Positions 18,541 through 27,603 of a stretch of 64,000 bases of DNA are shown here, in pieces. This stretch comes from Bacteriovoracia bacterium (GTDB lineage: Bacteria; Bdellovibrionota; UBA1018; CAIPTA01). The stretch spans positions 192,001 through 256,000 of the forward strand of contig JBFWVL010000003.1 of NCBI GenBank assembly GCA_050246755.1, in the 5' to 3' direction. Each line of letters starts with the position of its first letter. The stretch's first letter is position 1. The notes beneath the pieces are model-generated. The model did no database searches and was not told the origin of the DNA. It worked only from the letters and a program-made list of their open reading frames with translations. The translations under genes were made by a program, and so were the position numbers.

Positions 18541-18550
18541 ACGACGGTCC

Positions 18551-18844
18551 TTATTCTTGAAACTCTAAGAGCCGCTCAGCCAGAAGCTGACCGCAAAACT
18601 CCAAAGTGTCTTTTTTCGCTTGTTCCAACTCGCAATCATACTCTAAGCGCAGGGATTCAATCAAATCCTTCACGGTTTTGGGCTTTTCCGCCACCACCGA
18701 CCAGAGATGCGTTCCCACGCGATCCAGCGCAAAATAATCTCCACTGCCAAAATGCAGCAGCACGGCTTCCCCGTCCACCGACTTCCAGTGAACATTTTTC
18801 GATTTGCGCACCTGGGTGGCTTCGCTGATCTTCGAAAACTTCAT
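18551..18844 (-). CDS. Stand-alone PqqD-family / RiPP recognition element protein
   Basis: WKSVDGEAVLLHFGSGDYFALDRVGTHLW...LRLEYDCELEQAKKDTLEFCGQLLAERLL. Confidence 0.9.
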   Translation of the reverse strand: MKFSKISEATQVRKSKNVHWKSVDGEAVLLHFGSGDYFALDRVGTHLWSVVAEKPKTVKDLIESLRLEYDCELEQAKKDTLEFCGQLLAERLLEFQE

Positions 18845-18876
18845 GTCCAATTTCTGCCTGATTCAGAGCGGCTGTG

Positions 18877-20928
18877 TCAAGGGGACACCGCCTCGCGAAG
18901 GTCTAAGGGAGAAATAGAATGCTCTGAATAAAATTCAGCCTCCTTGGTTTGCTGCATAGCGGCTTTGTCGCCTTTGGCCCGAAGCAGCTCGGCGTATTCC
19001 TGACGAAGGGCCGGGTCGTCACTATGCACCCTCACCAACTGGCCAAGCGCGTCAGCAGTGCGCAGAATATCTTTACGGGCCCGAAAAATCTGCGCGAGCT
19101 TACGGTAGAGGGAAGGAGGAAAGCGGCGGTAGCCACGGTATTGAAGGGCCGCTAGTTCGTACTGCAATAAGGCCGCGGGCTCCCGATTTTCCAGCATATA
19201 GAGGTCCCCTAGCTCTTCGCGTTTGGTCCAATAAGGAAAGTATTTGCCGGGAAACTGCGCAAATACGTTTTCGTAGTCGGCGATCGCAGCCCGGCGGTTC
19301 CCCGACTTGGCGTAGTACTGGGCGCGCAGTAGGTAAAAAGTATTATTGGTGAGGTTAGGCTCCCGCGTGCGCGCAGAAAGTTTCGCATCCTGGAATTTTT
19401 CCGCGGCGGCCTCCCAGGCTACGAGCCAGTGATCGTCGGGTAAAGAATTCAGGCCGGCGGTGAGAAGAATCACGGCGTTCCAAAAATCATCTTTCCCGCC
19501 AAGCAGCGCCGCTCCCCGCTTCCAAATACTGCCGCCTTCCCGCTGTAGGCGCTGGTGAAGCACGCTGGCGGCGGACCGTACGGCGATTTCCTGCTCTTCG
19601 AACGTGAGATTTCCGGGCCGGAGGCCTTCGAGGTATTTTAGGAGAATAGGAAGTGCTTCCTCTCCGCCGCGAAACCGCTGCGCGCGTGCGCTCCAAGTAT
19701 TAAAAACGATGCGGAATTTTTTTGGGTATTTCTGGTAGGCGTCTTGCCATAAGGATTCCGTGCTTTGCCAAACCGCGATGCGAGGAGCCGTAGCGAAGAC
19801 CGCTACTGCGAGCAGGGCCGAAAACGGGACCGCCCAAAAAATCTTTCCTGTTTGGGAGGCAAGTTTTAGGAAGAGCGCCGTGAACAACCAGGCAAACGCG
19901 GGCAGAGCCAGATAGAGATGCCGTTCCGCAAAGGGATCAAGCACGGGAAAAATAGAATTGGTGATGGAGAGCGCACCGAAAATCCAGAGCACGCAGAAAA
20001 AAACGGGGGCGCGGCTTTTCCGGAGAGCGTAAAAGAAAACAGGCAACGTTGCCCAAACCGCCAGACCGCAAAGAACATTCGGGTCTTTCCACGAGTCAGG
20101 AAAGGAAATCTGGTGATCGATGGCCTGGAGATCGGGGCGGAAAAATAGGCGGAGGATATTCGGCCACTGCGCCACTGCGATCGGCCAGTAGTCGCGAATC
20201 GAAAAAATATCTAAGTCGCCCCCGATTTGATAGAAGCCGCTGCTCGCCCCCACGAGGTAAGGCCATTTCAGTATCGCCCCCGCCGCGCCCGCCGCCAACA
20301 AAGGCGCGCAGTACGGTAAAAGCTCCACCCAGCGGCGGCCTAAATAGGCATGGTACAGCAGTAATAGCGGAAGCAGGGCCAGGGCGCTCTCTTTGGTTAA
20401 AAAGGCGGCGGCGGCGGCGATCATGAATCCCAGCCAAGACCAGAATCCGGGTCGTTCCCTCCCGTAACACCAGAGCGCACAGAGCAGAAAAAGCAATACC
20501 ATCAGCGAGGAACGGCCAGATAAATAGACCACCGAGTCCACCGCGAGCGGATGCAATAAAAATATTCCGCCCGCCAATACCCCGCCCAGCGCAGCGCCCT
20601 CCCGGCGCCGGAAGAGGCGGAAGAAAAACAAGCCCACGAGCAGCGCATTGAGTGCGTGAAAAAGCAGGCTCGGCGCCCGCAGCGCGGAGAGTGAAAGCCC
20701 GGCCGCGGCATAGCTCAGCGCGAAGCTCAGGCTCGTGAGCGGGCGGTTCCGCGAATGCTCGCTCTCGATGAAGATGCGCGGGTGAGCAAGGTAGCGGATC
20801 GCGCGATTATCGATCACGTTGGAGGCATCGTCGAATTGATAGGGAAAAGGCAAGGAAGGCAAATAGAGAAAAAGGTAAACCCCTACCAGCCCCGCGATCA
20901 CCGTAAATAGAAAAAATTTAAAGCGCAT
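18877..20928 (-). CDS. TMTC-like GT-C membrane glycosyltransferase with C-terminal TPRs
   Basis: FDDASNVIDN, RPLTSLSFAL, HPLAVDSVVYLSGRSSL, KES, AERHLYL, WQSTESLW, then helical repeats. Confidence 0.75.
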   Translation of the reverse strand: MRFKFFLFTVIAGLVGVYLFLYLPSLPFPYQFDDASNVIDNRAIRYLAHPRIFIESEHSRNRPLTSLSFALSYAAAGLSLSALRAPSLLFHALNALLVGLFFFRLFRRREGAALGGVLAGGIFLLHPLAVDSVVYLSGRSSLMVLLFLLCALWCYGRERPGFWSWLGFMIAAAAAFLTKESALALLPLLLLYHAYLGRRWVELLPYCAPLLAAGAAGAILKWPYLVGASSGFYQIGGDLDIFSIRDYWPIAVAQWPNILRLFFRPDLQAIDHQISFPDSWKDPNVLCGLAVWATLPVFFYALRKSRAPVFFCVLWIFGALSITNSIFPVLDPFAERHLYLALPAFAWLFTALFLKLASQTGKIFWAVPFSALLAVAVFATAPRIAVWQSTESLWQDAYQKYPKKFRIVFNTWSARAQRFRGGEEALPILLKYLEGLRPGNLTFEEQEIAVRSAASVLHQRLQREGGSIWKRGAALLGGKDDFWNAVILLTAGLNSLPDDHWLVAWEAAAEKFQDAKLSARTREPNLTNNTFYLLRAQYYAKSGNRRAAIADYENVFAQFPGKYFPYWTKREELGDLYMLENREPAALLQYELAALQYRGYRRFPPSLYRKLAQIFRARKDILRTADALGQLVRVHSDDPALRQEYAELLRAKGDKAAMQQTKEAEFYSEHSISPLDLREAVSP

Positions 20929-21955
20929 GTTCCAGGAGTTTTTTGCGTCGCAGCCCCCAGCTCAGCAGGGCCCGTGCGAAACCGAATCCATACGCCAGGT
21001 GGATCCAGGGAAAAAGTCCGGCGGCAAGCCAACCCGCACGGTCGCGCGTGGCGAACGAGGTGGTGAACAAGGCCACCAACAGGGCGTAGGAGACGAGCGG
21101 CAAAAAGGCCAAGGGAGACGCGGAAAAATAAGGGAGGCAGAGGAGATAAAACAGGAAAAAAGTGGGCAAAAAGTAGAGAGGACGCAGCGTATGGGGCAGC
21201 AGCAATAAATTTTGTGCCCTGCCCGCTCCGTATTTCGCGGCCTGCTCCCAAGTTCCCGCCCACGTTTCGCGGCGGCGATGGTAAACGGCGAGCCGCGGCG
21301 AATGCCAAAGCTTCGTGCCCGGATGGTCGAGCTGCTGGAGCAGCACATTCTCTTCGTTCGAGATCAAGTGCGTGGCGAATCCGCCCTGCGCGAAAAACGC
21401 CTCTCGCCTTATGGCGAGATTGCAGAGAATTAGCGCATGCTCGCCGCTTGGTCCCTCGGCCAGCTGGCGGTAGCGCCCGCGCATCGAAGCAGCTCCAAGG
21501 TAGGAAGCCAGCACGAAACCGGCCGCCCTCTCCAGTGCACCACTGTCGGGAGGAGTGAGATTGGCGCCGCCGGCGGCCAGTAGCGCGGGATCGCGAAAAA
21601 GCGCAGAGGCCGCTTTGCCTAAATCTTGAAAGCATTCGATATCGTCATCGAGAAAAAGCAAAAGTTCCCCGCGAGCCTGGGCTACGCCCAAATTCCTTGC
21701 TGCGCCGGGTCGCCGGCCACTGGCCTCTAGCACCAACAAAGGGAAGTCTGCGTTAGCCAATAACTCTGCGCTAAATCGCAGCACCTCGGCGGAAGCCCCG
21801 TTTAGCACCAGCACGAGCTCCCAATCCTCCAGCGTGGAATGAGCGCGAAAACTCGAGATGGCCCTGGCCAATAAATCGGCACGGCGAAACCCCAGGATCA
21901 CCACGCTCAACGCCGGCTGAGCACTATTCCATTTCGGGTTCGTTTGGGTTTGCAA
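20918..21955 (-). CDS. GT2 glycosyltransferase with C-terminal membrane segments
   Basis: GAARNLG, FLDDD, ILCNLAIRR, NEENVL; TTG 21955 is preceded by AAGGAG at 7 nt. Confidence 0.82.
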   Translation of the reverse strand: MQTQTNPKWNSAQPALSVVILGFRRADLLARAISSFRAHSTLEDWELVLVLNGASAEVLRFSAELLANADFPLLVLEASGRRPGAARNLGVAQARGELLLFLDDDIECFQDLGKAASALFRDPALLAAGGANLTPPDSGALERAAGFVLASYLGAASMRGRYRQLAEGPSGEHALILCNLAIRREAFFAQGGFATHLISNEENVLLQQLDHPGTKLWHSPRLAVYHRRRETWAGTWEQAAKYGAGRAQNLLLLPHTLRPLYFLPTFFLFYLLCLPYFSASPLAFLPLVSYALLVALFTTSFATRDRAGWLAAGLFPWIHLAYGFGFARALLSWGLRRKKLLEHAL

Positions 21956-22040
21956 CGCAAAACTCCTTATCTTTTTGCCGGCGGGGAGAAAGAAGGCCCT
22001 TTCGCTTGAATCCGCCTCGGCCTTGCCATAGATTTCCCCC

Positions 22041-23084
22041 ATGGTGGCCCTGGAAACCCGCAAAGGCAAACATTTTTGCTTGCACGGCATCGCCGTGGAA
22101 CTGCGCGGAAATCGCGTTGACCGCGTTGCGGGCGATTTTGATTTTTATACGGGCCGCGCCATCACGGGAAAAGAAAAATACCGCGTGATGCTCGAGCTCG
22201 GCCCGGCGAGCGCGGTGAAGTTGCCCGCGGTGGCCGCCGAGAGAGTTTTTTCCGATTGCGTGCTCTATCGGGAAGGCGAAAAGCTTTTTTACGAATATTC
22301 CGGAGGCGCCGTTCTCGAAGTGGAAAGAGGAAAAACTTTTTCCCGCGGCCGCCTGAGTTCCGACAATACGGATCTCGCCGACGAAATCGCTTACCTTTAT
22401 CTACAATCGGAAATTGGCCGCTTCCTCGATGCCCAGGGCTTGCACCGCGTGCACGCGCTCGGGATCGGCCTTCCCAGCGGAAAAGCCGCGCTGGTATTGC
22501 TGCCGAGCGGGGGCGGGAAAAGCACGCTGGCGCTTGAGCTTCTCCAGCAAGAAGGCTGCGTACTGCTTTCCGACGACAGCCCGCTCGTGGACCGGGTCGG
22601 CCGGGTATACCCCTATTTGCTGCGGCTCTCTTTTCGCCCCGACGCCAAGCTGCCCGCTGCCTGGAAAGAAAATTCTCTCCCCTTCGAGCGGCGTAAACAC
22701 GGGCCCAAGATCCTCGTTTCGCCCGCCTCGCTCTCCTCGGCCGCCCTTCCGCGGCCCGAAGACCGCTTTGCCCCAGGATTTTTGGTGATCGGTAGCCGGC
22801 ATGGCGCGCTCGCGGAGCCGCGTCTCGTAAAGAGAGCCAAGTGGCAAAGCGCGCTTCCCCTTTTTCGCGATCTAGTGGTGGGCCTGGGCGTGCCGCAGGT
22901 GGCGGAGCTTCTGCTCACCAAGGGAATTCTTAGCCTTCCCGGCCTCGCTCCCACCGGCGTATCCCGGCTGGCGGCCGCCTCGGCTTTTCTCGCTCGCGCC
23001 CACACATTCGAGCTCGAGCTTTCCCGGGATCCCGTGCGCAATGCCCGTTTCTTAATTGAAACGCTCGAGGCCAACGCGCGATGA
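22041..23084 (+). CDS. HPr kinase-related P-loop kinase
   Basis: VHALGI, PSGGGKST and LLSDD motifs in HprK-like order. Confidence 0.75.
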   Translation: MVALETRKGKHFCLHGIAVELRGNRVDRVAGDFDFYTGRAITGKEKYRVMLELGPASAVKLPAVAAERVFSDCVLYREGEKLFYEYSGGAVLEVERGKTFSRGRLSSDNTDLADEIAYLYLQSEIGRFLDAQGLHRVHALGIGLPSGKAALVLLPSGGGKSTLALELLQQEGCVLLSDDSPLVDRVGRVYPYLLRLSFRPDAKLPAAWKENSLPFERRKHGPKILVSPASLSSAALPRPEDRFAPGFLVIGSRHGALAEPRLVKRAKWQSALPLFRDLVVGLGVPQVAELLLTKGILSLPGLAPTGVSRLAAASAFLARAHTFELELSRDPVRNARFLIETLEANAR

Positions 23085-23863
23085 AACGCTTCTGCGCGAT
23101 TTTCAAGCCCCGCTCCCGTGAGTTGATGCGCACGCTGATGCGGATGGAGCTCTCGCTCATGGAGCAGGGCACACTCTTTGGCTTCGTGCTTTCCTTCCTG
23201 AACAATATCCTGATGCTGCTCGTATTCCACGCGCTCTTCGTGACCCGCTTCATCTCGGAAGTGCCCAATACCTGGGTGTACCTCCTGCTCGGCATCGTGC
23301 AGTGGAATCTCTACATGAATATCTCGCTCGCGGGCTTCGCCTGCTTCGTGTACCGCCAGAAACTAGTGATGGGGTATTCTTTTCCGCGGGAAAAATTAAT
23401 CCTCGCCCGTACCGCCGCGATCTTCGTGCCCTATATCATCGAGCTCACCCTGATCCTCGGCGTAGCTCGCTACTTTCACCTGCCGTTCACCTGGAAATAT
23501 GCCTGGCTTCCGCTCTTCCTCCTCAATCAGTTCCTCTTTTGCGCCGCGATTTGCGCCGTGTTCGCGTTCGTTGGGGTGCTCCACAAAAACATCATTCCCT
23601 TCTGGAACCTAATGTTCCGCCTGCTGTCGTTCGCCACCCCCATTTTTTATATTCCCTTCCATTTCAAAACCTGGTGGGTAGAAGGCCTGTATAATTTGAA
23701 CCCCTTTACGATCTTCATGCTTTGGGTGCGCGATATCGCCGGCGCGAACGGCTTCGCTTTCGAATCCAAGCCCCTGAATATAACCCTCGCCTCGGCCGCG
23801 ATGTTCCTGGGGGCCTATTTGCTTTTCCGGATTATGGAAGCGCGCGTAGGTGACAACCTATGA
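23081..23863 (+). CDS. ABC-2 permease, Wzm/TagG-like
   Basis: About six TM segments; LSFATPIFY and LNPF; coupled to a Wzt-like ATPase. Confidence 0.8.
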   Translation: MKRFCAIFKPRSRELMRTLMRMELSLMEQGTLFGFVLSFLNNILMLLVFHALFVTRFISEVPNTWVYLLLGIVQWNLYMNISLAGFACFVYRQKLVMGYSFPREKLILARTAAIFVPYIIELTLILGVARYFHLPFTWKYAWLPLFLLNQFLFCAAICAVFAFVGVLHKNIIPFWNLMFRLLSFATPIFYIPFHFKTWWVEGLYNLNPFTIFMLWVRDIAGANGFAFESKPLNITLASAAMFLGAYLLFRIMEARVGDNL

Positions 23864-24549
23864 GCGAGCTGATCGTCACGCGCGGCCTCACCAAGGCATT
23901 CCCCCGCCACAAGGGCGCGCGCACCGTGGTGAAGAAAATCGCCCACCTCACTTGGATGCGCGAGTTCGTGCCCGTTTTCGAGGGCGTTAACTTCCGCCTG
24001 AAAGCCGGTGAAAGCGTGGCTTTGCTTGGTCCGAATGGCTGCGGCAAGAGCACTTTTCTCCGCTGCTTGGCGGGCGTAATTGCTCCCACCGCCGGCGAAA
24101 TATTCCATCGGGGAAAGACCGTGGCCTTGCTCTCCCATGGATTCGGCAACTACGACGAGCTCGCCGTTTGGCAGAGCATCGTATTGGCCCAGCAGCTTTT
24201 CGGCGCTTCGCTGGCCGAGGCTAAAAAGAATATCGAGCAAGTGGGGGCATTCGCCGGAATCGAAGACCGGCTAAAAGACCCTTCTTCTCAGCTATCCGAG
24301 GGAATGCGCGCAAAGATTTCCCTTTCGGCGCTCGCCTTCGCGGAATTCGACGTGGCTCTCCTGGACGAAAGCCTGAACCACGTAGACGCCGATTTCCGCC
24401 AGCAATACCTCGAGCTGACACGGAAGTGGATAAGGGAGGGCCGCAGTCTCATCCTTACCTCCCACGATGAGCAGCTCCCCTTGCGTTTCGCTAATCGCTT
24501 GCTGAGGATCGAGAACAAAAAACTGACGCCGGCCAGCCGAACGAGTTAA
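23860..24549 (+). CDS. ABC ATP-binding protein, Wzt/TagH-like, with no C-terminal carbohydrate-binding domain
   Basis: GPNGCGKST, LSEGMRAK, LLDE...VDADF, TSHD. Confidence 0.82.
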   Translation: MSELIVTRGLTKAFPRHKGARTVVKKIAHLTWMREFVPVFEGVNFRLKAGESVALLGPNGCGKSTFLRCLAGVIAPTAGEIFHRGKTVALLSHGFGNYDELAVWQSIVLAQQLFGASLAEAKKNIEQVGAFAGIEDRLKDPSSQLSEGMRAKISLSALAFAEFDVALLDESLNHVDADFRQQYLELTRKWIREGRSLILTSHDEQLPLRFANRLLRIENKKLTPASRTS

Positions 24550-24559
24550 AATAGGGCCC

Positions 24560-25669
24560 ATGCCCAAGAAGATCAAAGTCATCACCAGCGATATGCACCT
24601 CTCCGCGGGGCGCTTCGTGGATGGCGTGCAGAACCCCCACGAAGATTTTTTCTTCGACCGCGAGTTCTGCGAGTTCATGGAATATTTTTCCAGCGGCAAA
24701 TACGGCGACGGCTGCGAAGTGGAGCTCATCCTCAATGGCGACGTGCTCGACTTCCTCAACGTGCAAACGCAGGGTGAGTTCGCCGACGTGGTTACCTCCG
24801 AAATCGCGGTCGAGAAATTGCGCGCTATCCTCGCCGGCCATCCGGAAGTGGTGGCCACCATGCAGCGTTTCGTGCGCAAGCCGGGCAAAAGAATTCTCTA
24901 CAACGTAGGCAACCACGACCTGGATTTATTTTTTCCGGCCGTGCGCGAAGAGTTTTGCCGGGCGATCGGCGGCGAACACTGGAAGCCCGAGCAAGTGTGG
25001 GTGAACGTGGAGACCGAGCTCCTCGCCTATCCCGAAGGAATCGAGGTACACCACGGGAATCAGTTCGAGGCCGTGCATACCACCAACTACCAGCAGCCCT
25101 TCGTGACCGAAAACCTGCCCGAGCCCATCCTCTACCTGCCCTGGGGCTCTGTATACGTGATCAAGATCATCAATCGCCTGAAGTGGGAGCGCGACTATAT
25201 CGACAAAGTACGCCCCGCTAAGCTCTTCATGGCGATCAGCTTGATCTTCGATCCCATCTTCACGCTGAAATTCTTCATTCTTTCGGCGTTCTACTTTTTG
25301 CACACGCGCTTCATCTATAACCCGCGCCGCCGCGCTACGATCACCAATACCCTCGAGATCATGAAGGAAGAAATCACGCCCTTCTACGGCCTCGAGGACG
25401 ACGCCCGCGCCATTCTCGACCAGAGGCCGAATGTGCACACCGTGATCTTCGGCCATACCCACGGCCCCATGCAACGCTTCTACCGCGACGGAAAAACGTA
25501 TATCAATACCGGTACGTGGACGCGGATGATCAACCTGGATTTCCGTAACCTCGGGCAATCCGCCAAGCTTACCTTCGCTTATATCGAGTACGACGATGAG
25601 GGTAAGCCGCGCGCTACCTTAGAGGAATGGCTCGGCCTTCATCACCCGCACCGCCCGTTTAATTTTTGA
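24560..25669 (+). CDS. Calcineurin-like metallophosphoesterase
   Basis: SDMH, GDVLD, GNHD, HHGN, FGHTH. Confidence 0.85.
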   Translation: MPKKIKVITSDMHLSAGRFVDGVQNPHEDFFFDREFCEFMEYFSSGKYGDGCEVELILNGDVLDFLNVQTQGEFADVVTSEIAVEKLRAILAGHPEVVATMQRFVRKPGKRILYNVGNHDLDLFFPAVREEFCRAIGGEHWKPEQVWVNVETELLAYPEGIEVHHGNQFEAVHTTNYQQPFVTENLPEPILYLPWGSVYVIKIINRLKWERDYIDKVRPAKLFMAISLIFDPIFTLKFFILSAFYFLHTRFIYNPRRRATITNTLEIMKEEITPFYGLEDDARAILDQRPNVHTVIFGHTHGPMQRFYRDGKTYINTGTWTRMINLDFRNLGQSAKLTFAYIEYDDEGKPRATLEEWLGLHHPHRPFNF

Positions 25670-26566
25670 TTATTTTTCTTTATTGAGCTCATAGAGCTCG
25701 TAGAGCCCCGCCGCCGTCAGCCCCGTCGCCCCCAGCGCCTTCGCCCACTCTTCGGTGGAAAGCCCTTTTTCCTCGGGAACTAGGTCGTGCAGCTTACGCC
25801 CGCTTTTCACGTCTTGGCGCACGGAGTGCATGAGATCGGTAAAAAATCCCTGATAAAGGTCCCGGGAGAATTCAGCCTTCGAGTATTTTGCGTTACTGGT
25901 TACGCCGAATCTTTTCGCCGGAGTGGAAAACAGGCGCATCGTGCCGGAAACGTCGTATTCGCCGAGCTTCTTGTACCAATCGGCCACCGGCATCGGCTGC
26001 CCGAAGAGCGGATCCACCGCGTACCAGCCCTCGCCTTTCACGCGCACGATCGTAGCCGCATGATATTTCCAGTGGTGCCCATCTACCTCGAGGGGCCCAA
26101 CCGCCCATAGCTTCCGCACGCTGTCGTTGTGTAAATTTACGTTGAAGGTTTTTAAGTGAACGGCGATCGCCAGGGCCCAGCACATACCCTTGCCTTTTTT
26201 CGTGGCCACCTCCGCGCACATGGCCGGGTTTATTTTTGGATCGGTCACGATATCGCGAAAAAGATTCTGCAGATCCTGCTTGCTGAGCTCCAATTTCCGG
26301 CGCGAACCGGCACTTCCGCCGAGGGGTTCGCTTTTCAGCGCTTTCAAAACGTCCTCGTTCAGCTCTTCCGTTTGCCCCAGCATTCCGCGCGGGAGCTGCA
26401 GAAGGTCTTCGTCGGTATTCGCCAGGATTTCGAATTCTTTTTTCGTGGGGCCGTAGGTGAGCTGAAAAAGATGATTGCAGTTTTCCACTTTCGCTTTTTT
26501 CCAGCCGGCGCGCGCGGGCCGGGGCGCTAGGGCGAGAAAAAGGAGTAGAAATAGCGCGAGCTTCAT
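25670..26566 (-). CDS. Secreted protein with protein-glutamine glutaminase-like (papain-fold) domain
   Basis: Signal peptide; GMCWALA, KLWAVG, WKYHAATIV, AVDPLF give a Cys-His-Asp triad. Confidence 0.65.
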   Translation of the reverse strand: MKLALFLLLFLALAPRPARAGWKKAKVENCNHLFQLTYGPTKKEFEILANTDEDLLQLPRGMLGQTEELNEDVLKALKSEPLGGSAGSRRKLELSKQDLQNLFRDIVTDPKINPAMCAEVATKKGKGMCWALAIAVHLKTFNVNLHNDSVRKLWAVGPLEVDGHHWKYHAATIVRVKGEGWYAVDPLFGQPMPVADWYKKLGEYDVSGTMRLFSTPAKRFGVTSNAKYSKAEFSRDLYQGFFTDLMHSVRQDVKSGRKLHDLVPEEKGLSTEEWAKALGATGLTAAGLYELYELNKEK

Positions 26567-26594
26567 AGCCAAGGTATCGGCACAACGCGGAGAT

Positions 26595-27176
26595 TTATTT
26601 TGCTTTTTCGGCCAGTTCGCCTTTGGCCACCGCCGCCGCGAGCAACCCCCTCAGGTGAGCCCAAAGCTCCGGCAGAACGGCCTCAATGGCCGAGCCGCTC
26701 TTTTCCACTACCTGCTCCAAGGTTATCCCGTGCTGTTTCCAGGCATGGCCACGGTTGAGGAGATTGGAATACACGGGAAGAAAACGGTCGAGAGCCCCCA
26801 CGAAAATGGATTCGGGACAGCGCTTGGCCTCGAATCGTTCCCAAAGCTCTACCCACTCTCTTCCCTCGGGAAGGAGGCCGAAAATCCTCCGAGCCGAAGC
26901 CGATTCTTCCGCCGCTTTTTTCGAATGGTCGCCGTAGAGAAAGGTATCGCCCGCGTCGATCTCCACCACGTCGTGGAGGATCGCCATGCGTAGCGCGGTC
27001 AAAAGATCCACCCTCCCGGCCACTTGGGGGTGGAATGCCATCACGGTGATCGCCAAATGCCAGGAATGCTCGGCCGAATTTTCCAGCCGCTCACCGGAAT
27101 ACACGAGCGATTTTCTCTCGATCATTTTCAGGCGGTCTACTTCCCGGGTGAAGGCTAATAGCGACGAAATATCCAT
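26595..27176 (-). CDS. HD-domain phosphohydrolase (5'-deoxynucleotidase-like)
   Basis: ENSAEHSWH, ILHDVVEIDAGD, ALDRF. Confidence 0.85.
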   Translation of the reverse strand: MDISSLLAFTREVDRLKMIERKSLVYSGERLENSAEHSWHLAITVMAFHPQVAGRVDLLTALRMAILHDVVEIDAGDTFLYGDHSKKAAEESASARRIFGLLPEGREWVELWERFEAKRCPESIFVGALDRFLPVYSNLLNRGHAWKQHGITLEQVVEKSGSAIEAVLPELWAHLRGLLAAAVAKGELAEKAK

Positions 27177-27232
27177 GCGCTTTACTCTAGTACAGCAAAG
27201 CAGACACGGAAACGTTTTTCCTTTTCCACCTC

Positions 27233-27260
27233 TCAAGTTGGAGTCGGTAGATGTCGATAG
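27233..27260 (+). promoter_or_regulatory. Possible sigma28 (FliA)-type promoter
   Basis: TCAAGTTG-N12-GTCGATAG compared with TAAAGTTT-N11-GCCGATAA; upstream of a CheW-like gene. Confidence 0.35.
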
Positions 27261-27270
27261 ATTAGACAGG

Positions 27271-27603
27271 ATGATTCGTTTAACGCTTATGGATGGCAGC
27301 ACCTGCGAAATTAATCGCGCCGACGCGCGCGGTTTAGTTCCGTATACGCACGTGTTCTCCTCGCCGCTTTTACGCGCGCCGATCGAAGGCGTGCTCTGCC
27401 ATAAGGGAAAACCCCTCCCCGTGCTCGGCCCCTTGCCGAGCGCCGATGAAATTTCCCGGGATATAAATAGTCGCCCCTGGATCTTGGTTTTCGAAGACCA
27501 TGCCCAGGTAATTCGCGGCTTGCCGGATTTCGGCGATCAAAGCGCCACGCTGCTCAAGTTCGAAGAGGCAGAAGCGCCGAAGGCGCAACTCAGGATCGCG
27601 TAA
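27271..27603 (+). CDS. Divergent CheW-like domain protein
   Basis: SPLLRAPIEGVLCHKGKPLPVL resembles the CheW P...GvinlRG.i.Pv motif; start taken at ATG 27271. Confidence 0.5.
   Translation: MIRLTLMDGSTCEINRADARGLVPYTHVFSSPLLRAPIEGVLCHKGKPLPVLGPLPSADEISRDINSRPWILVFEDHAQVIRGLPDFGDQSATLLKFEEAEAPKAQLRIA

Noticed and set aside
18551-18844. PQQ or mycofactocin biosynthesis
   Set aside because: No pqqB/C/E or mftC radical SAM; the peptide lacks ExxxY and the MftA C-terminal motif
17859-23084. Canonical lasso peptide cluster
   Set aside because: No lasso cyclase or B2 transglutaminase-like protease in the window; the precursor lacks a ring-forming Asp/Glu core
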